64,000 nt of DNA from Endomicrobiales bacterium (GCA_016929635.1 JAFGIL010000047.1:13606-77605), one strand, 5' to 3'. Counted from the stretch's first letter, positions 18,972 to 28,886 are shown. The notes: generated by a model not told the origin, from the sequence alone. Translations and numbers: made by a program.

Positions 18972-20882
18972 ATGAAGCAGTTTCCTGAAGAGAAAACAAA
19001 TTTCATGAATTTTGGAGATATATCAGAATTTATCAGAAAGAAGAATACAATTGTCTTTCTTGATACGGCTTTATATTCCGAGGAGGAGTCAAACTCGTAT
19101 TTATTTGTTAATCCTATAAAAGAAATAGTGGCAAAAAATCTTAATGAAATAGACAGTTTGTTGAAAAAAGTAAAAAAATATGCAGATAAATACTGGTTGA
19201 GCGGATACCTGTCTTATGAAGCTGCTTATGCGATAGAGAATAAACTTGCTGGATTAAGGAATAATTTTAAAAACTCATTGCCACTTGCGTGGTTTGGAGT
19301 GTTTGAAAAGCCATATATCTTCAGTCATAAACATAATAAGTGGAATAAAAAATTACATTCGGTCAAAGATGGCCGATCTATAAGCCGCAATTCACATAAT
19401 ATACCCCTCGTTATTAAACATACAATGGATTATGATACCTATGTAAAAAAAATCCGGGCAATTAGAAATTATATTGCAAAAGGGGATACTTATCAGGTCA
19501 ATTTTACATATGATGTGGATGTGAAATCAGGATTGCCCCCGTTTGAGTTATACAACCAGCTTCGTAGTAATCAGCCCACTAAATACTGCGCATTCATAAA
19601 GAATAAATTCGGAAATATTATGTCATTTTCTCCTGAGCTATTTTTTAAAAAAGAAAGCGATAAAATCACAGTAAAGCCGATGAAAGGTACAGCATCGAGG
19701 AAAAAGCGCGACAATGAACAAATCAGGAAGTTCGAAAAGGATAAAAAAAACAATGCAGAAAATGTGATGATTGTGGATTTGTTAAGAAATGATCTCGGAA
19801 GAATATGCGGCACGGAATCAATTAAAGTGAGCAAATTGTTTGAAATTGAAACTCATCCCACCGTTCATCAGATGACATCCACCATACAGGGAAAAATGAG
19901 ACCAAATGTAGATATATCGGATATAATAAAAAGTTTATTCCCGTCGGGATCAGTAACCGGCGCCCCTAAAATAAGGACAATGGAAATAATCCGTTCACTG
20001 GAAAAAGGCGAGAGGGGTGTCTATTGCGGAATGCTCGGATTCATATCCCCGGATAAAAAATCTGTTTTCAATGTACCGATACGGACCCTTCAGAGGAAAA
20101 AAGGCGAAAAGAATTGGAGGTACAGGGTAGGCAGCGGGATTGTATGGAACTCGTCTGCAGAAGCAGAACGAAAAGAATGTGAAACAAAATGTTCTTTTTT
20201 AACGCTGCCGAATATGCCTCATTTTGAGATTTTTGAATCTATGCTTTGGGATGGAAAAAAGTTTTTATACTTGAAGGACCATATTGATAGATTAAAAAGG
20301 TCAGCTAAATTTTTTAGTTATCCTATAACAAAAGATAAACTCTGCGAAATAATAAGTAAGATTACAAAAAAAATTAAATCTTCCTCTTTCCCCATTTGTC
20401 AAAGGGAGAATAAGGGCGGGGTGAAGCTAAAAATCCGTATTTTTTTAAATAAATCAGGATATATCAGATGGGATTTTAGTAAGGTTATTGATCCCGGAGG
20501 TTTAAATTTACAAAGAATAATTTTATCTGAAAAGAGAATAGATGAAAAGAATGTTTTTCTTTATCATAAAACAACATATAAATCCTGGTATGAAGAATCA
20601 CTGGAAAAAGTGCATAAAGGCAGCTGCTTTGATGTGATTTTTTGCAATTCAAAGGGGGAGGTAACAGAGGGGTCCAGATCAAACGTTTTCATAAGAAAAA
20701 ACGGCATAATGTATACGCCTCCTGTCAGGAGCGGTTTGTTGCAGGGTGTTTTAAGAAAGCAGCTGCTACGCAGTAAAAAATGCATTGAAAAAACAATGAG
20801 AATAAACGATTTATATAAAGCGGATGCGGTATATTGCGGCAACTCTGTCAGGGGCCTGGTTGAGGTAAGGCTTAAAATTTGA
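18972..20882 (+). CDS. pabB: Aminodeoxychorismate synthase component I fused to ADC lyase (class IV PLP) domain
   Basis: GDTYQVN, SPELFF, KPMKGT, AENVMIVDLLRNDL, FPSGSVTGAPK, GSGIV; C-term HKTT, EGSRSNVF, GLLQGVLR. Confidence 0.9.
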   Translation: MKQFPEEKTNFMNFGDISEFIRKKNTIVFLDTALYSEEESNSYLFVNPIKEIVAKNLNEIDSLLKKVKKYADKYWLSGYLSYEAAYAIENKLAGLRNNFKNSLPLAWFGVFEKPYIFSHKHNKWNKKLHSVKDGRSISRNSHNIPLVIKHTMDYDTYVKKIRAIRNYIAKGDTYQVNFTYDVDVKSGLPPFELYNQLRSNQPTKYCAFIKNKFGNIMSFSPELFFKKESDKITVKPMKGTASRKKRDNEQIRKFEKDKKNNAENVMIVDLLRNDLGRICGTESIKVSKLFEIETHPTVHQMTSTIQGKMRPNVDISDIIKSLFPSGSVTGAPKIRTMEIIRSLEKGERGVYCGMLGFISPDKKSVFNVPIRTLQRKKGEKNWRYRVGSGIVWNSSAEAERKECETKCSFLTLPNMPHFEIFESMLWDGKKFLYLKDHIDRLKRSAKFFSYPITKDKLCEIISKITKKIKSSSFPICQRENKGGVKLKIRIFLNKSGYIRWDFSKVIDPGGLNLQRIILSEKRIDEKNVFLYHKTTYKSWYEESLEKVHKGSCFDVIFCNSKGEVTEGSRSNVFIRKNGIMYTPPVRSGLLQGVLRKQLLRSKKCIEKTMRINDLYKADAVYCGNSVRGLVEVRLKI

Positions 20883-21819
20883 TATTGGGCCTTATCATAA
20901 AGTATAGGTTATCTTCTGTCTCCAGATTTTTTAAAGCACCTGTATACTTTTCACCTTTCTCAAGTAAAAACCCGAACTTAATTTGAAAAGCAAATTTTTT
21001 TGTCTTGTGAGGAAATGATTTTCCGATAAGTAAAAAGTGTGTAATAGCCTGCAGTTCCTTGTAATCTATGTCTATCTTATACTCAAAACTGGCATTATTA
21101 AAAATTGATTTTTTTTGTTCTTTAAAATCTACCCTGTCGCGAAAGATTGAAAAGTATAACACATCTTTTATATCGGAGTGATCGTGTTGTTTTGTCCCTA
21201 TCCTGTAACTCCACGAAATTGTCCGTTTTTCGGTTATCTTGTCGCCTTTGATTTTCCATTCCAATTCAAACCATTTATCCTCTATTAATTCGCTGTTTTT
21301 TATGTGAAAGCTTCCAATGCTGGCAAGATATCCCATGTATGCTTTTCCTTTTATATCCTTTGAAACGCCCTTTGGTTGAAAACTCACAAGGTTGCCCAGA
21401 AAAAATGAGAATGCGGTTGGTTCCTCAAACCCTGCACACATGCTTTCTATAAGATTTAGGTCATCGGAAACGCTCATGTTGTTGTAAAAGCCATTGTAAT
21501 TTTTTTTAACAGCAACTCCAAGCATGGGAAAAGGATAGCAGCTTATTTCCAGAAGCAGGAATCTTGGAATAAAAGATCTTTTCCAGAGATATTTATATAT
21601 TTCACTTTCATCTTCTTCTTTAAGATATGGCAAAGGTTTTTTTGTCAGGCTTGTATATATTTCGAGGTAGCTGTAATATGGGTCAAACTCTGCATCATAT
21701 GCATATGTTCCATAATCTTTATAAAACAAGGTATAGGCATTTAGAAAGGTTGGAATACTAAGAAAAGCGATAAATATAAGAGTTCTGAAAATAATTCTGA
21801 TTATTAAAAATCTTAGCAT
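20872..21819 (-). CDS. Hypothetical exported protein, probable outer-membrane beta-barrel
   Basis: Signal peptide ending LNA; aromatic-rich alternating strands; C-terminal YFMIRPNIKF ending in Phe. Confidence 0.55.
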   Translation of the reverse strand: MLRFLIIRIIFRTLIFIAFLSIPTFLNAYTLFYKDYGTYAYDAEFDPYYSYLEIYTSLTKKPLPYLKEEDESEIYKYLWKRSFIPRFLLLEISCYPFPMLGVAVKKNYNGFYNNMSVSDDLNLIESMCAGFEEPTAFSFFLGNLVSFQPKGVSKDIKGKAYMGYLASIGSFHIKNSELIEDKWFELEWKIKGDKITEKRTISWSYRIGTKQHDHSDIKDVLYFSIFRDRVDFKEQKKSIFNNASFEYKIDIDYKELQAITHFLLIGKSFPHKTKKFAFQIKFGFLLEKGEKYTGALKNLETEDNLYFMIRPNIKF

Positions 21820-21822
21820 AAT

Positions 21823-21852
21823 AAAAAGAAGACAGCCCGAAACCGGGCTGCC
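21823..21852 (-). terminator. Intrinsic terminator (minus strand)
   Basis: 9-bp GC-rich stem (one G-U), 4-nt loop, T-tract only on the minus strand. Confidence 0.8.
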
Positions 21853-21889
21853 TTGCCTGAATAGGTATAGTTCATCTATCCCCAGGCAA
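21823..21889 (-). ncRNA. Candidate ~65-nt two-hairpin sRNA or attenuator/riboswitch leader
   Basis: Begins just after a consensus promoter; stem TTGCCTG...CAGGCAA then hairpin GGCAGCCCG-GTTT-CGGGCTGTC followed by TTCTTTTT. Confidence 0.5.
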
Positions 21890-21893
21890 TACT

Positions 21894-21922
21894 AGTATAA
21901 CAAACACCAAAAAAAACGTCAA
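21894..21922 (-). promoter_or_regulatory. sigma70-type promoter upstream of the structured leader
   Basis: TTGACG-17 nt-TATACT on the minus strand. Confidence 0.65.
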
Positions 21923-21949
21923 GTCCTTTTTCTCCATAAAAAGCCGGAT

Positions 21950-23467
21950 CTAAACAATAAAAAGATTTTTGGATGAAAAAACCGGGTCGCTGGTAAGGTT
22001 AACCCCCAAAGTCCTTAACCCGGCCTCATCGCCAGGTGTGGGTATGTGGGTTATATGAACCTCACAACCCCTCAATTCTTTTAGTTTTTCCATTGCCAGT
22101 TTAGCTGTAGGATTAGTAGTTGCGCTTATACTTAAAACCATGAGGGTTTCATCAAGGTTAAGACTTACTGTTTTTTTATTGAGTATGTCGCTTTTCAGGT
22201 CCCTGATTGACTCAATAATATTGGGGGCTAAAACATGAATTTTATCTGGAATTTCAGCCAGTTTTTTAATAGCGTTAAGCACAAGGCTTGATGCTGCATG
22301 CATCAATGGGGAGTTTTTGCCGGTAATTATAGTACCCTCTTTCAATTCAATTGCTGCCCCGCAGAACATTCCTTCGTTTCCTTTGTCAGTTTTTTGGGCT
22401 TCTTCAGCTGCTTTCCTTGCGGGAAGAACCACATTTCTGTCATCAGGAGACATATCCAGCTCATTCATTATTAGTTCTGCTCTTTGAACGGTTTCTTTGT
22501 CTACAAATCCCATTGCGTACTCGCATTTATATCTTAAATATCTTCTTATAACTTCCTGTTTTGCTGCATTTTGAACAGCTTCATCGTCAACAATCCCGAA
22601 ACCGGCGCGGTTAACTCCCATATCAGTGGGAGATTTATACATCGATTCCTTGCCGGTTATTCTTTCGAGAATATTTTTTACTACAGGGAATACTTCAACG
22701 TCGCGATTATAATTTATGGCCTTTTCATTGTAAGCTTCAAGATGAAAAGGGTCTATTTCATTATAATCCTTGATATCAGCGGTAGCAGATTCATACGCGA
22801 TATTAACAGGATGTTTAAGGGGGATGTTCCAGATAGGGAAAGTTTCGAATTTTGCATAACCTGAATTAAAGCCTTTTTTGTGGTCGTGATAAAGCTGGGA
22901 CAGGCACGTTGCAAGTTTGCCGCTGCCCGGACCCGGGCCCGTGACAACGACTAAAGGCTTTTTTGTTTTGATGTATTCATTTGCGCCATAACCCTTATCG
23001 CTTACAATTAAATCCACGTCCGTAGGATACCCTTTTGTTACACCATGTGTGTATACACTGATATTTCTGCGCTCCAGTTTGTTTTTAAAGAACTGAGCGG
23101 AAGGCTGGTTTTCGAAACGGGTTATTACTACACTGGTGACATCAAGCCCCCATTCTTTTAAGTCATCTATCAATTTCAGCGCGTCAACATCATACGTAAT
23201 ACCAAAATCTGCCCTGACTTTTTTTCGTTCAATATCCCCTGCGTAAATGCAGAGTATTATGTCCGCTTGGTCTTTTAGTTTCTGGAGCAGTTTCATTTTT
23301 ACATTCGGGTCAAACCCAGGCAAAACGCGGGAAGCATGATAATCGAATATAAGCTTTCCTCCGAACTCAAGATATAATTTATTGTCAAAGGTTTTTATCC
23401 TTTCAAGAATGGCTTTTGACTGTTCGTTCAGGTATTTCTCGTTATCAAACCCGGTTTTGTTTACCAT
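21950..23467 (-). CDS. DUF1846 family protein
   Basis: [73 protein letters not shown]. Confidence 0.9.
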   Translation of the reverse strand: MVNKTGFDNEKYLNEQSKAILERIKTFDNKLYLEFGGKLIFDYHASRVLPGFDPNVKMKLLQKLKDQADIILCIYAGDIERKKVRADFGITYDVDALKLIDDLKEWGLDVTSVVITRFENQPSAQFFKNKLERRNISVYTHGVTKGYPTDVDLIVSDKGYGANEYIKTKKPLVVVTGPGPGSGKLATCLSQLYHDHKKGFNSGYAKFETFPIWNIPLKHPVNIAYESATADIKDYNEIDPFHLEAYNEKAINYNRDVEVFPVVKNILERITGKESMYKSPTDMGVNRAGFGIVDDEAVQNAAKQEVIRRYLRYKCEYAMGFVDKETVQRAELIMNELDMSPDDRNVVLPARKAAEEAQKTDKGNEGMFCGAAIELKEGTIITGKNSPLMHAASSLVLNAIKKLAEIPDKIHVLAPNIIESIRDLKSDILNKKTVSLNLDETLMVLSISATTNPTAKLAMEKLKELRGCEVHITHIPTPGDEAGLRTLGVNLTSDPVFSSKNLFIV

Positions 23468-23476
23468 TTATTCCTC

Positions 23477-24310
23477 CTATTTTCTGTTTTTCATGGATTC
23501 TTCCAGTTTTTCTCCGATTTTCCTTCCGAATTTCTCGGCGATTCCTTTTAAAAAATCGTTATTATCAAACTTTTCTTTTAAAGCTTTTATTAGAATCTGT
23601 GTCATAGCAGCATTAAAATCGAACTTTAAGTCATCAAGTTTCCCGTTAACCGGCAGATTAAAAGTAACGGTGTTTTCCCTGAAGAATTCCTTAACCAGCA
23701 CGGACGGCATGCCAAAAAGCTTTTTCTCTTTTGTGTCTATATCCAGGTTTTCAATGGTTATAATGTTGTTTGTAGTAAGATAATTCGTGGAATAATGGAT
23801 AGTTGATGTTATCTCAACAGATCCTTCGGTTATAGTTGTTTTATCCGAGGTGGAAAATATCGAATAAAAATATGATAAAGGTACATTCTTAAATTCTGCA
23901 ACGCCTTCAACTTTAATATTTGGCAACAGGGAGGTTAAATACAGGTCAGAGTTAAACTGGCCCTGGTCTTTAAAAGGTATTTGGCCTTTTGCTTTTAAGT
24001 GGAAGTGTTTACTTGAGTTAAGGTATTTAATTTTTAGCTCTCCGTTATTTAATACTTCAACGAATCCGTTCTTTTTTGATTTTATTGATAACTTGATTTT
24101 TCCAAAAGTAATCTCTTTTCGAGGGACTGATAAGACGATGTTTTCAATTACTACTTTTTTATTCTTTAGATTAGAAAGGTTATAATTAATATAGTTTAAT
24201 ACGGTATTCTTTAAAAAGTAGTTTACAGCAAAATTGGCTAAAACTGCAATTATTGCTAAACTGATTATGATTCCTATGATTATTTTTATAATTTGCCTGG
24301 AATTTGACAT
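23477..24310 (-). CDS. DUF748/AsmA-like envelope protein
   Basis: N-terminal TM anchor, beta-rich body, C-terminal FNLPVNGKLDDLKFDF. Confidence 0.55.
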   Translation of the reverse strand: MSNSRQIIKIIIGIIISLAIIAVLANFAVNYFLKNTVLNYINYNLSNLKNKKVVIENIVLSVPRKEITFGKIKLSIKSKKNGFVEVLNNGELKIKYLNSSKHFHLKAKGQIPFKDQGQFNSDLYLTSLLPNIKVEGVAEFKNVPLSYFYSIFSTSDKTTITEGSVEITSTIHYSTNYLTTNNIITIENLDIDTKEKKLFGMPSVLVKEFFRENTVTFNLPVNGKLDDLKFDFNAAMTQILIKALKEKFDNNDFLKGIAEKFGRKIGEKLEESMKNRK

Positions 24311-24343
24311 AATGAATCCTTTGTGATTAATAAAATCTATGAT

Positions 24344-24405
24344 ATTTTATTAAAATATAAAAGCTTAATCAATAGATTGATTAATATTTTTAGTTGTGAT
24401 AAAAT
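24344..24405. promoter_or_regulatory. Back-to-back divergent sigma70 promoters
   Basis: Minus: TTGATT(24372-24367)-17-TAAAAT; plus: TTGATT(24377-24382)-17-TAAAAT with TG extension; the two -35 boxes form the palindrome TTAATCAAT-AG-ATTGATTAA. Confidence 0.6.
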
Positions 24406-24446
24406 ATATTTATTAAAAATACTTAGTTATTAAGAAAGAAGGAAAA

Positions 24447-25454
24447 ATGATATTAAAAAAATTTACAGAGTCTGCAAGGGAGTTAAAAGGTACGGTTATT
24501 TTTGCCGAAGGTGATGAGGAAAGGACTCTGGAAGCAGCCGTCCGGTTGAATAAGGATGAAGTATGCAAGGTAGTTATTGTTTCATCCGCTCCTGATAAAA
24601 TCGAAAAAATAGCAAAAGATAAAAAGTTAGATATCTCAAAATTGACAATTCTTGTTCCTGCCCTTGATCTATTAAGCGATTCTGTTTTAAATTGTTTTGT
24701 TGAATCAAGGATAAAAAAGGGTTTAACAAAAGAGGACGCTGAAAAATTGGTTTTAGACCCTCTTTATTTTTCTGCGCTATATGTGAAAAGCGATAAGGCA
24801 AATGGTTGTGTGGCCGGTGCCAGGTCAAGTACCAGCGACGTATTAAAAGCAGCCATACAGGGAATAGGTACTTCCGGCGATACTAAGTTAATCTCCTCTT
24901 TTTTCCTTATGATTCCTCCGGAAAACCATCCGATAATTAAGACTCCGATAATATATGCGGATTGCGGAGTCAACCCCAATCCAAATACGCTTGGATTAAG
25001 GGATATTTCAATATCAAGCATAAAAAGTTTCAGGAGTCTGTTCCCCGGTGAGTCTCCAAAACTTGCTTTCTTGTCTTTTTCGACAAAAGGAAGCGCCAAG
25101 CATAAGACCCTAGATAAAATTATTGAGGCCTGTAATTTGGCAAAGGAATACTTCAAAAATGACTCATCCGTTAAAATAGACGGGGAAGTCCAGTTTGATA
25201 CAGCATCTGTGCCTGCAGTTGCAAAGAAGAAGGCCCCCGATTCTCCCCTGGAAGGCCGGGCTAATATTTTTATTTTTCCCGACCTAAATTCCGGAAATAT
25301 ATGTTATAAAGTAACGGAAAGGCTGGGACAATTCACCGCTATAGGACCGGTCGTTCAGGGCCTGGAAAAACCATTCAATGATTTAAGCAGGGGTTGTTCC
25401 GTAGATGATATTTATCATTCAGCTGTGATAACACTTCTTCAAAGCAGGAAGTAA
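24447..25454 (+). CDS. pta: Phosphate acetyltransferase
   Basis: FAEGDEER, ADCGVNPNP, AFLSFSTKGSA, DGEVQFD, FIFPDLNSGNICYK, GPVVQGL.KP.NDLSRG. Confidence 0.93.
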   Translation: MILKKFTESARELKGTVIFAEGDEERTLEAAVRLNKDEVCKVVIVSSAPDKIEKIAKDKKLDISKLTILVPALDLLSDSVLNCFVESRIKKGLTKEDAEKLVLDPLYFSALYVKSDKANGCVAGARSSTSDVLKAAIQGIGTSGDTKLISSFFLMIPPENHPIIKTPIIYADCGVNPNPNTLGLRDISISSIKSFRSLFPGESPKLAFLSFSTKGSAKHKTLDKIIEACNLAKEYFKNDSSVKIDGEVQFDTASVPAVAKKKAPDSPLEGRANIFIFPDLNSGNICYKVTERLGQFTAIGPVVQGLEKPFNDLSRGCSVDDIYHSAVITLLQSRK

Positions 25455-25473
25455 ATCTTAGAAGTTTTTTGAT

Positions 25474-27066
25474 ATGCATATATTTAACAAAAAAAGTTAT
25501 AGATTTTTAATTACCGCTTTGGCTTGTGCGTGGTTTTGTGTTTTTCTTGCCAAAGAGATTGACTTAACGAGAAATGATATAGGAAGGCATTTAAAAAGCG
25601 GTGAACTGATTTTTGAATTTATACGCACATATCCTTTAGATTTAATAAAATCAGGAATTGTAAACAACAATTATTTCTCTTATACCTACCCGGATCTGCC
25701 GGCAATAAACCATCAGTGGGGAAGCGGCTTAATCCTTTTTATAATCGAAAAAATCTCAGGTTTTAAAGGGTTAAGCATATTTTATATTTTTCTGAGTCTG
25801 GTTACATTCTTCTTGTTTTTTAAACTGTCCGAAAAAAAATCCTCTTTTAATATTGCAATCCTGGTTTCAGTTTTATTGATACCTTTAATCGCCGACCGAA
25901 ATGATATTAATCCCGCAGCATTCAGTTACTTTTTTTGCGCTTTATTCTATCTGATTCTGGAAAAATACAAACAGGGAAACATTTCAAGGAAGATGCTGTT
26001 TGTCTTGCCGATATTAGGGATTATCTGGGTTAATATGCATGTTTATTTTATAATAGGTATTTTAATTGTCGGGGCATTTTTATCGGGGGAGCTTATCTCA
26101 TTTTTTGCCGGAAAAGAAAATAAGCTGAAGGATTATTTTATTATATTTTTTCTTGTAATACTTTCATCTTTAATCAATCCTTTCGGGCTTAAAGGTGTTT
26201 TATCTCCTTTGCACATCTTTAAAAACTATGGCTACAGGATTTTTGAGTATCAGCCATTATGTTTTGGCGAATATTTCGGCGCGGTTAATCCGAACTTTTT
26301 GATTTTTAAGGTTTCATTTGTTATTTTAATAATAAGTTTTATATTGATTATCACATACAATTTCCAGTTTTTTCCAACAGCTGATTTAATATTAAGCATT
26401 ACACTGGGAGTTGTAGCCTGCATGGACATTAAAAATTTTGCGGTTTATGGTTTTTTTGCGTTGCCTATAATATCAAAAAATATTCAGCTTGGGCTTGGCA
26501 GAAAAATTGAATTAAATTCTCCACGAATAAAATTTTATTTGTTTCTATTTACGATAATTGCACTTATCTTCAACATTTTCAGGACTGATCAGTATTTATC
26601 TTCATATTGGAAGAATATCAGATTAGGCATTATACCCGGAAATAAAATGTCAGCCAGGTTTTTTAAGACTTTGAACATCCAGGGGCCTGTTTTGAACAAT
26701 TATGACATCGGGGGGTATTTAATTTATTATCTTTATCCGGAACATCGTGTATTTGTTGACAGCCGTCCAACGGAGTACCCGGAGAGTTTTTTTAAAGATG
26801 TTTATGTGCCGATGCTTGAAGACGGCGATGTTTTTAGGTATTACGAGGAGTTATACAAGATTAATTCAATTTATTTTTCATATCATGGTCTTGCCCCATG
26901 GGAACAAAACTTTCTCATAAAATGCATTCATGAAAATGTATGGGTTCCAGTATTTGCCGATAACTACGCCATAATATTTTTGAAAAGAAATGCAACAAAT
27001 AAACCTATAATAGATGAATATGAAATCCCAAAGGATTATTTTATTATCAGGCAGTTGAATCAGTAA
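25474..27066 (+). CDS. Polytopic membrane protein, GT-C glycosyltransferase-like
   Basis: About 11-12 TM helices; first loop DIGRHLKSG...NHQWGS; C-terminal soluble NNYDIGGYLIY..VFVDSR domain. Confidence 0.55.
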   Translation: MHIFNKKSYRFLITALACAWFCVFLAKEIDLTRNDIGRHLKSGELIFEFIRTYPLDLIKSGIVNNNYFSYTYPDLPAINHQWGSGLILFIIEKISGFKGLSIFYIFLSLVTFFLFFKLSEKKSSFNIAILVSVLLIPLIADRNDINPAAFSYFFCALFYLILEKYKQGNISRKMLFVLPILGIIWVNMHVYFIIGILIVGAFLSGELISFFAGKENKLKDYFIIFFLVILSSLINPFGLKGVLSPLHIFKNYGYRIFEYQPLCFGEYFGAVNPNFLIFKVSFVILIISFILIITYNFQFFPTADLILSITLGVVACMDIKNFAVYGFFALPIISKNIQLGLGRKIELNSPRIKFYLFLFTIIALIFNIFRTDQYLSSYWKNIRLGIIPGNKMSARFFKTLNIQGPVLNNYDIGGYLIYYLYPEHRVFVDSRPTEYPESFFKDVYVPMLEDGDVFRYYEELYKINSIYFSYHGLAPWEQNFLIKCIHENVWVPVFADNYAIIFLKRNATNKPIIDEYEIPKDYFIIRQLNQ

Positions 27067-27098
27067 TTATACTAGTCTTGAATCAAAAGGAGGGCTTT

Positions 27099-27368
27099 AT
27101 GGCAAGTATTAAGATTGAAAAAGCAACACCTGAAAAGTTGAAAGAATTAAAAGTTGATTCATGGAATCCCTGGGAGTGCGAGCCTTCTACTTTTGATTGG
27201 GAGTATTCTTCAGAAGAAGTGGCATATGTAAAAGAAGGCAAGGTTAAAGTTAAAACAAAGAATGAAGAAGTTGAAATTAACAAAGGCGATATTGTAACTT
27301 TCCCTAAAGGCTTAAAGTGCACATGGAATGTAATTGAGGCAATAAGAAAAGTTTATACATTCAAATGA
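27099..27368 (+). CDS. Cupin_3 (DUF861/EutQ-like) protein
   Basis: WNPWECEPSTFDWEY...E.AYV.EG.V...GD.VTFPKGL.CTW.V; AGGAGG RBS before ATG 27099. Confidence 0.88.
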   Translation: MASIKIEKATPEKLKELKVDSWNPWECEPSTFDWEYSSEEVAYVKEGKVKVKTKNEEVEINKGDIVTFPKGLKCTWNVIEAIRKVYTFK

Positions 27369-27378
27369 CTGCAGGGTA

Positions 27379-27930
27379 ATGGATAGATTTGAAACAAAGA
27401 TAAATAACACAAAAATAACAGTTCTTCAAGGAGACATCACGCAGCAGGATACAGAGGCTGTTGTGAATGCTGCAAATAGTTCTTTAATGGGCGGAGGCGG
27501 TGTAGATGGTGCAATTCACAGAAGAGGCGGGCCCAGAATACTTGAAGAGTGCAGGAAAATAGTAGAAAAGATAGGGCATCTGGAACCGGGCGGGGCAGTT
27601 ATAACAACAGGAGGAGATTTAAAAGCGGGTTTTGTGATACATACTGTAGGCCCTTTTTGGAGGGGAGGAACTAAAAGTGAAGAAATCATTCTAAAAAATG
27701 CTTATTTGTCCAGCCTTGCGGTTGCGAAAGAGCACAACATAAAAACAATTTCTTTTCCTTCAATAAGTACCGGCGCATATCGTTTTCCCATCAATTCAGC
27801 ATCCAGGATTGCAGTGGATGCATGCATTAAATATATTATTAAACATAATTATTTTGAAGAAGTGCGTTTTGTGCTGTTTTCACAGGCAGATTATAAGGTT
27901 TATTTAGACACTTTTGGCAGTAAAAAATAG
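27379..27930 (+). CDS. Macro domain O-acetyl-ADP-ribose deacetylase (YmdB-like)
   Basis: GDIT..DTEAVVNAANSSLMGGGGVDGAIH, VIHTVGP, FPSISTGAYRFP. Confidence 0.92.
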   Translation: MDRFETKINNTKITVLQGDITQQDTEAVVNAANSSLMGGGGVDGAIHRRGGPRILEECRKIVEKIGHLEPGGAVITTGGDLKAGFVIHTVGPFWRGGTKSEEIILKNAYLSSLAVAKEHNIKTISFPSISTGAYRFPINSASRIAVDACIKYIIKHNYFEEVRFVLFSQADYKVYLDTFGSKK

Positions 27931-27959
27931 TTGACAATTCAGATAAAAAAAGCTAAAAT
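27931..27959 (+). promoter_or_regulatory. sigma70-type promoter for the DUF4912-GH57 operon
   Basis: TTGACA-17 nt-TAAAAT. Confidence 0.7.
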
Positions 27960-28015
27960 TTTAAAACTAAAAAATACACTAAATTTTTTCCTGGTCTTAA
28001 ATCCAGGGGGGTAAT

Positions 28016-28879
28016 ATGAGTGAAAATTTAAGTTCAAAAGCAAAAGGTGCACCGATAGTTGCTGATTATGGAAAACAGGAAAGAGGGTTGCCAAAAAATT
28101 ATAATGATACCAAGGTTATAATTTTACCGAGAGACCCTCTTTGGTTCTATGCTTACTGGGAAATATCAACAGAAACTATAAATGCGCTCAGGCAAAGATT
28201 AACGGAAGTGAAGTTTAGCAAAAGCTGCTGGGTTCTTCGCGTGTATGATGTGACGGATATTAATTTTGACGGTACTAATGCTAACAGGTATTTTGATATT
28301 GGCATCAATTATGATGCCGACAACTGGTATGTCAATATTAACGAGCCTAACAGATCCTGGTGTGTAGATTTGGGTTTATTCACCCATGAAGGTGAGTTTG
28401 TGTTTGTTGCCCGTTCGAATGTGCTTATTATGCCGCGCCAGGGAGTTTCGCCGATAACTGATGAACAATGGGCGATTTTGCAAAAGGAGTTTGACCGCTT
28501 ACTCAAGCTTTCGGGTGTTGATAAAATCGGCAAGAGTTCTTTTGATATAGCAAAGCTTATGCGTGAACGTTGGGAAGAGATACTTTCCATATCCCTATCT
28601 TCACCAATGGGAGCAAGTTCCTGGAAAGGAATGCCGCCTGAAGTTAAACCAAAGGATTTTTGGCTGAAAGCAGACACGGAACTGATAATTTATGGTTCCA
28701 CTGAGTCAGACGCTACTCTTACCGTGAATGATCAGCCTGTAAACCTGTATCCGGATGGTTCCTTTTCTTTAAGATTTTATCTTCCGGACGGTGAAAAAGA
28801 ATACCCTATAAAAGCCGTGTCGTGTGACGGCTCCATGGAAAAGCAGATTACTTTTAAGGTAAAACGAAGTACAAAATAG
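28016..28879 (+). CDS. DUF4912 domain protein
   Basis: ILPRDPLWFYAYWEI, WYVN, ARSN motifs; C-terminal FWL.ADTELIIYGSTE.DA.LTV...PDGSFS.RF. Confidence 0.85.
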   Translation: MSENLSSKAKGAPIVADYGKQERGLPKNYNDTKVIILPRDPLWFYAYWEISTETINALRQRLTEVKFSKSCWVLRVYDVTDINFDGTNANRYFDIGINYDADNWYVNINEPNRSWCVDLGLFTHEGEFVFVARSNVLIMPRQGVSPITDEQWAILQKEFDRLLKLSGVDKIGKSSFDIAKLMRERWEEILSISLSSPMGASSWKGMPPEVKPKDFWLKADTELIIYGSTESDATLTVNDQPVNLYPDGSFSLRFYLPDGEKEYPIKAVSCDGSMEKQITFKVKRSTK

Positions 28880-28886
28880 TAAAATA

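Noticed and set aside
24365-24384. Perfect palindrome TTAATCAAT-AG-ATTGATTAA as an FNR/CRP-like operator
   Set aside because: The half-sites are oriented opposite to an FNR box (TTGAT-N4-ATCAA) and are fully explained by two back-to-back -35 elements, each with a 17-nt spacer and TAAAAT
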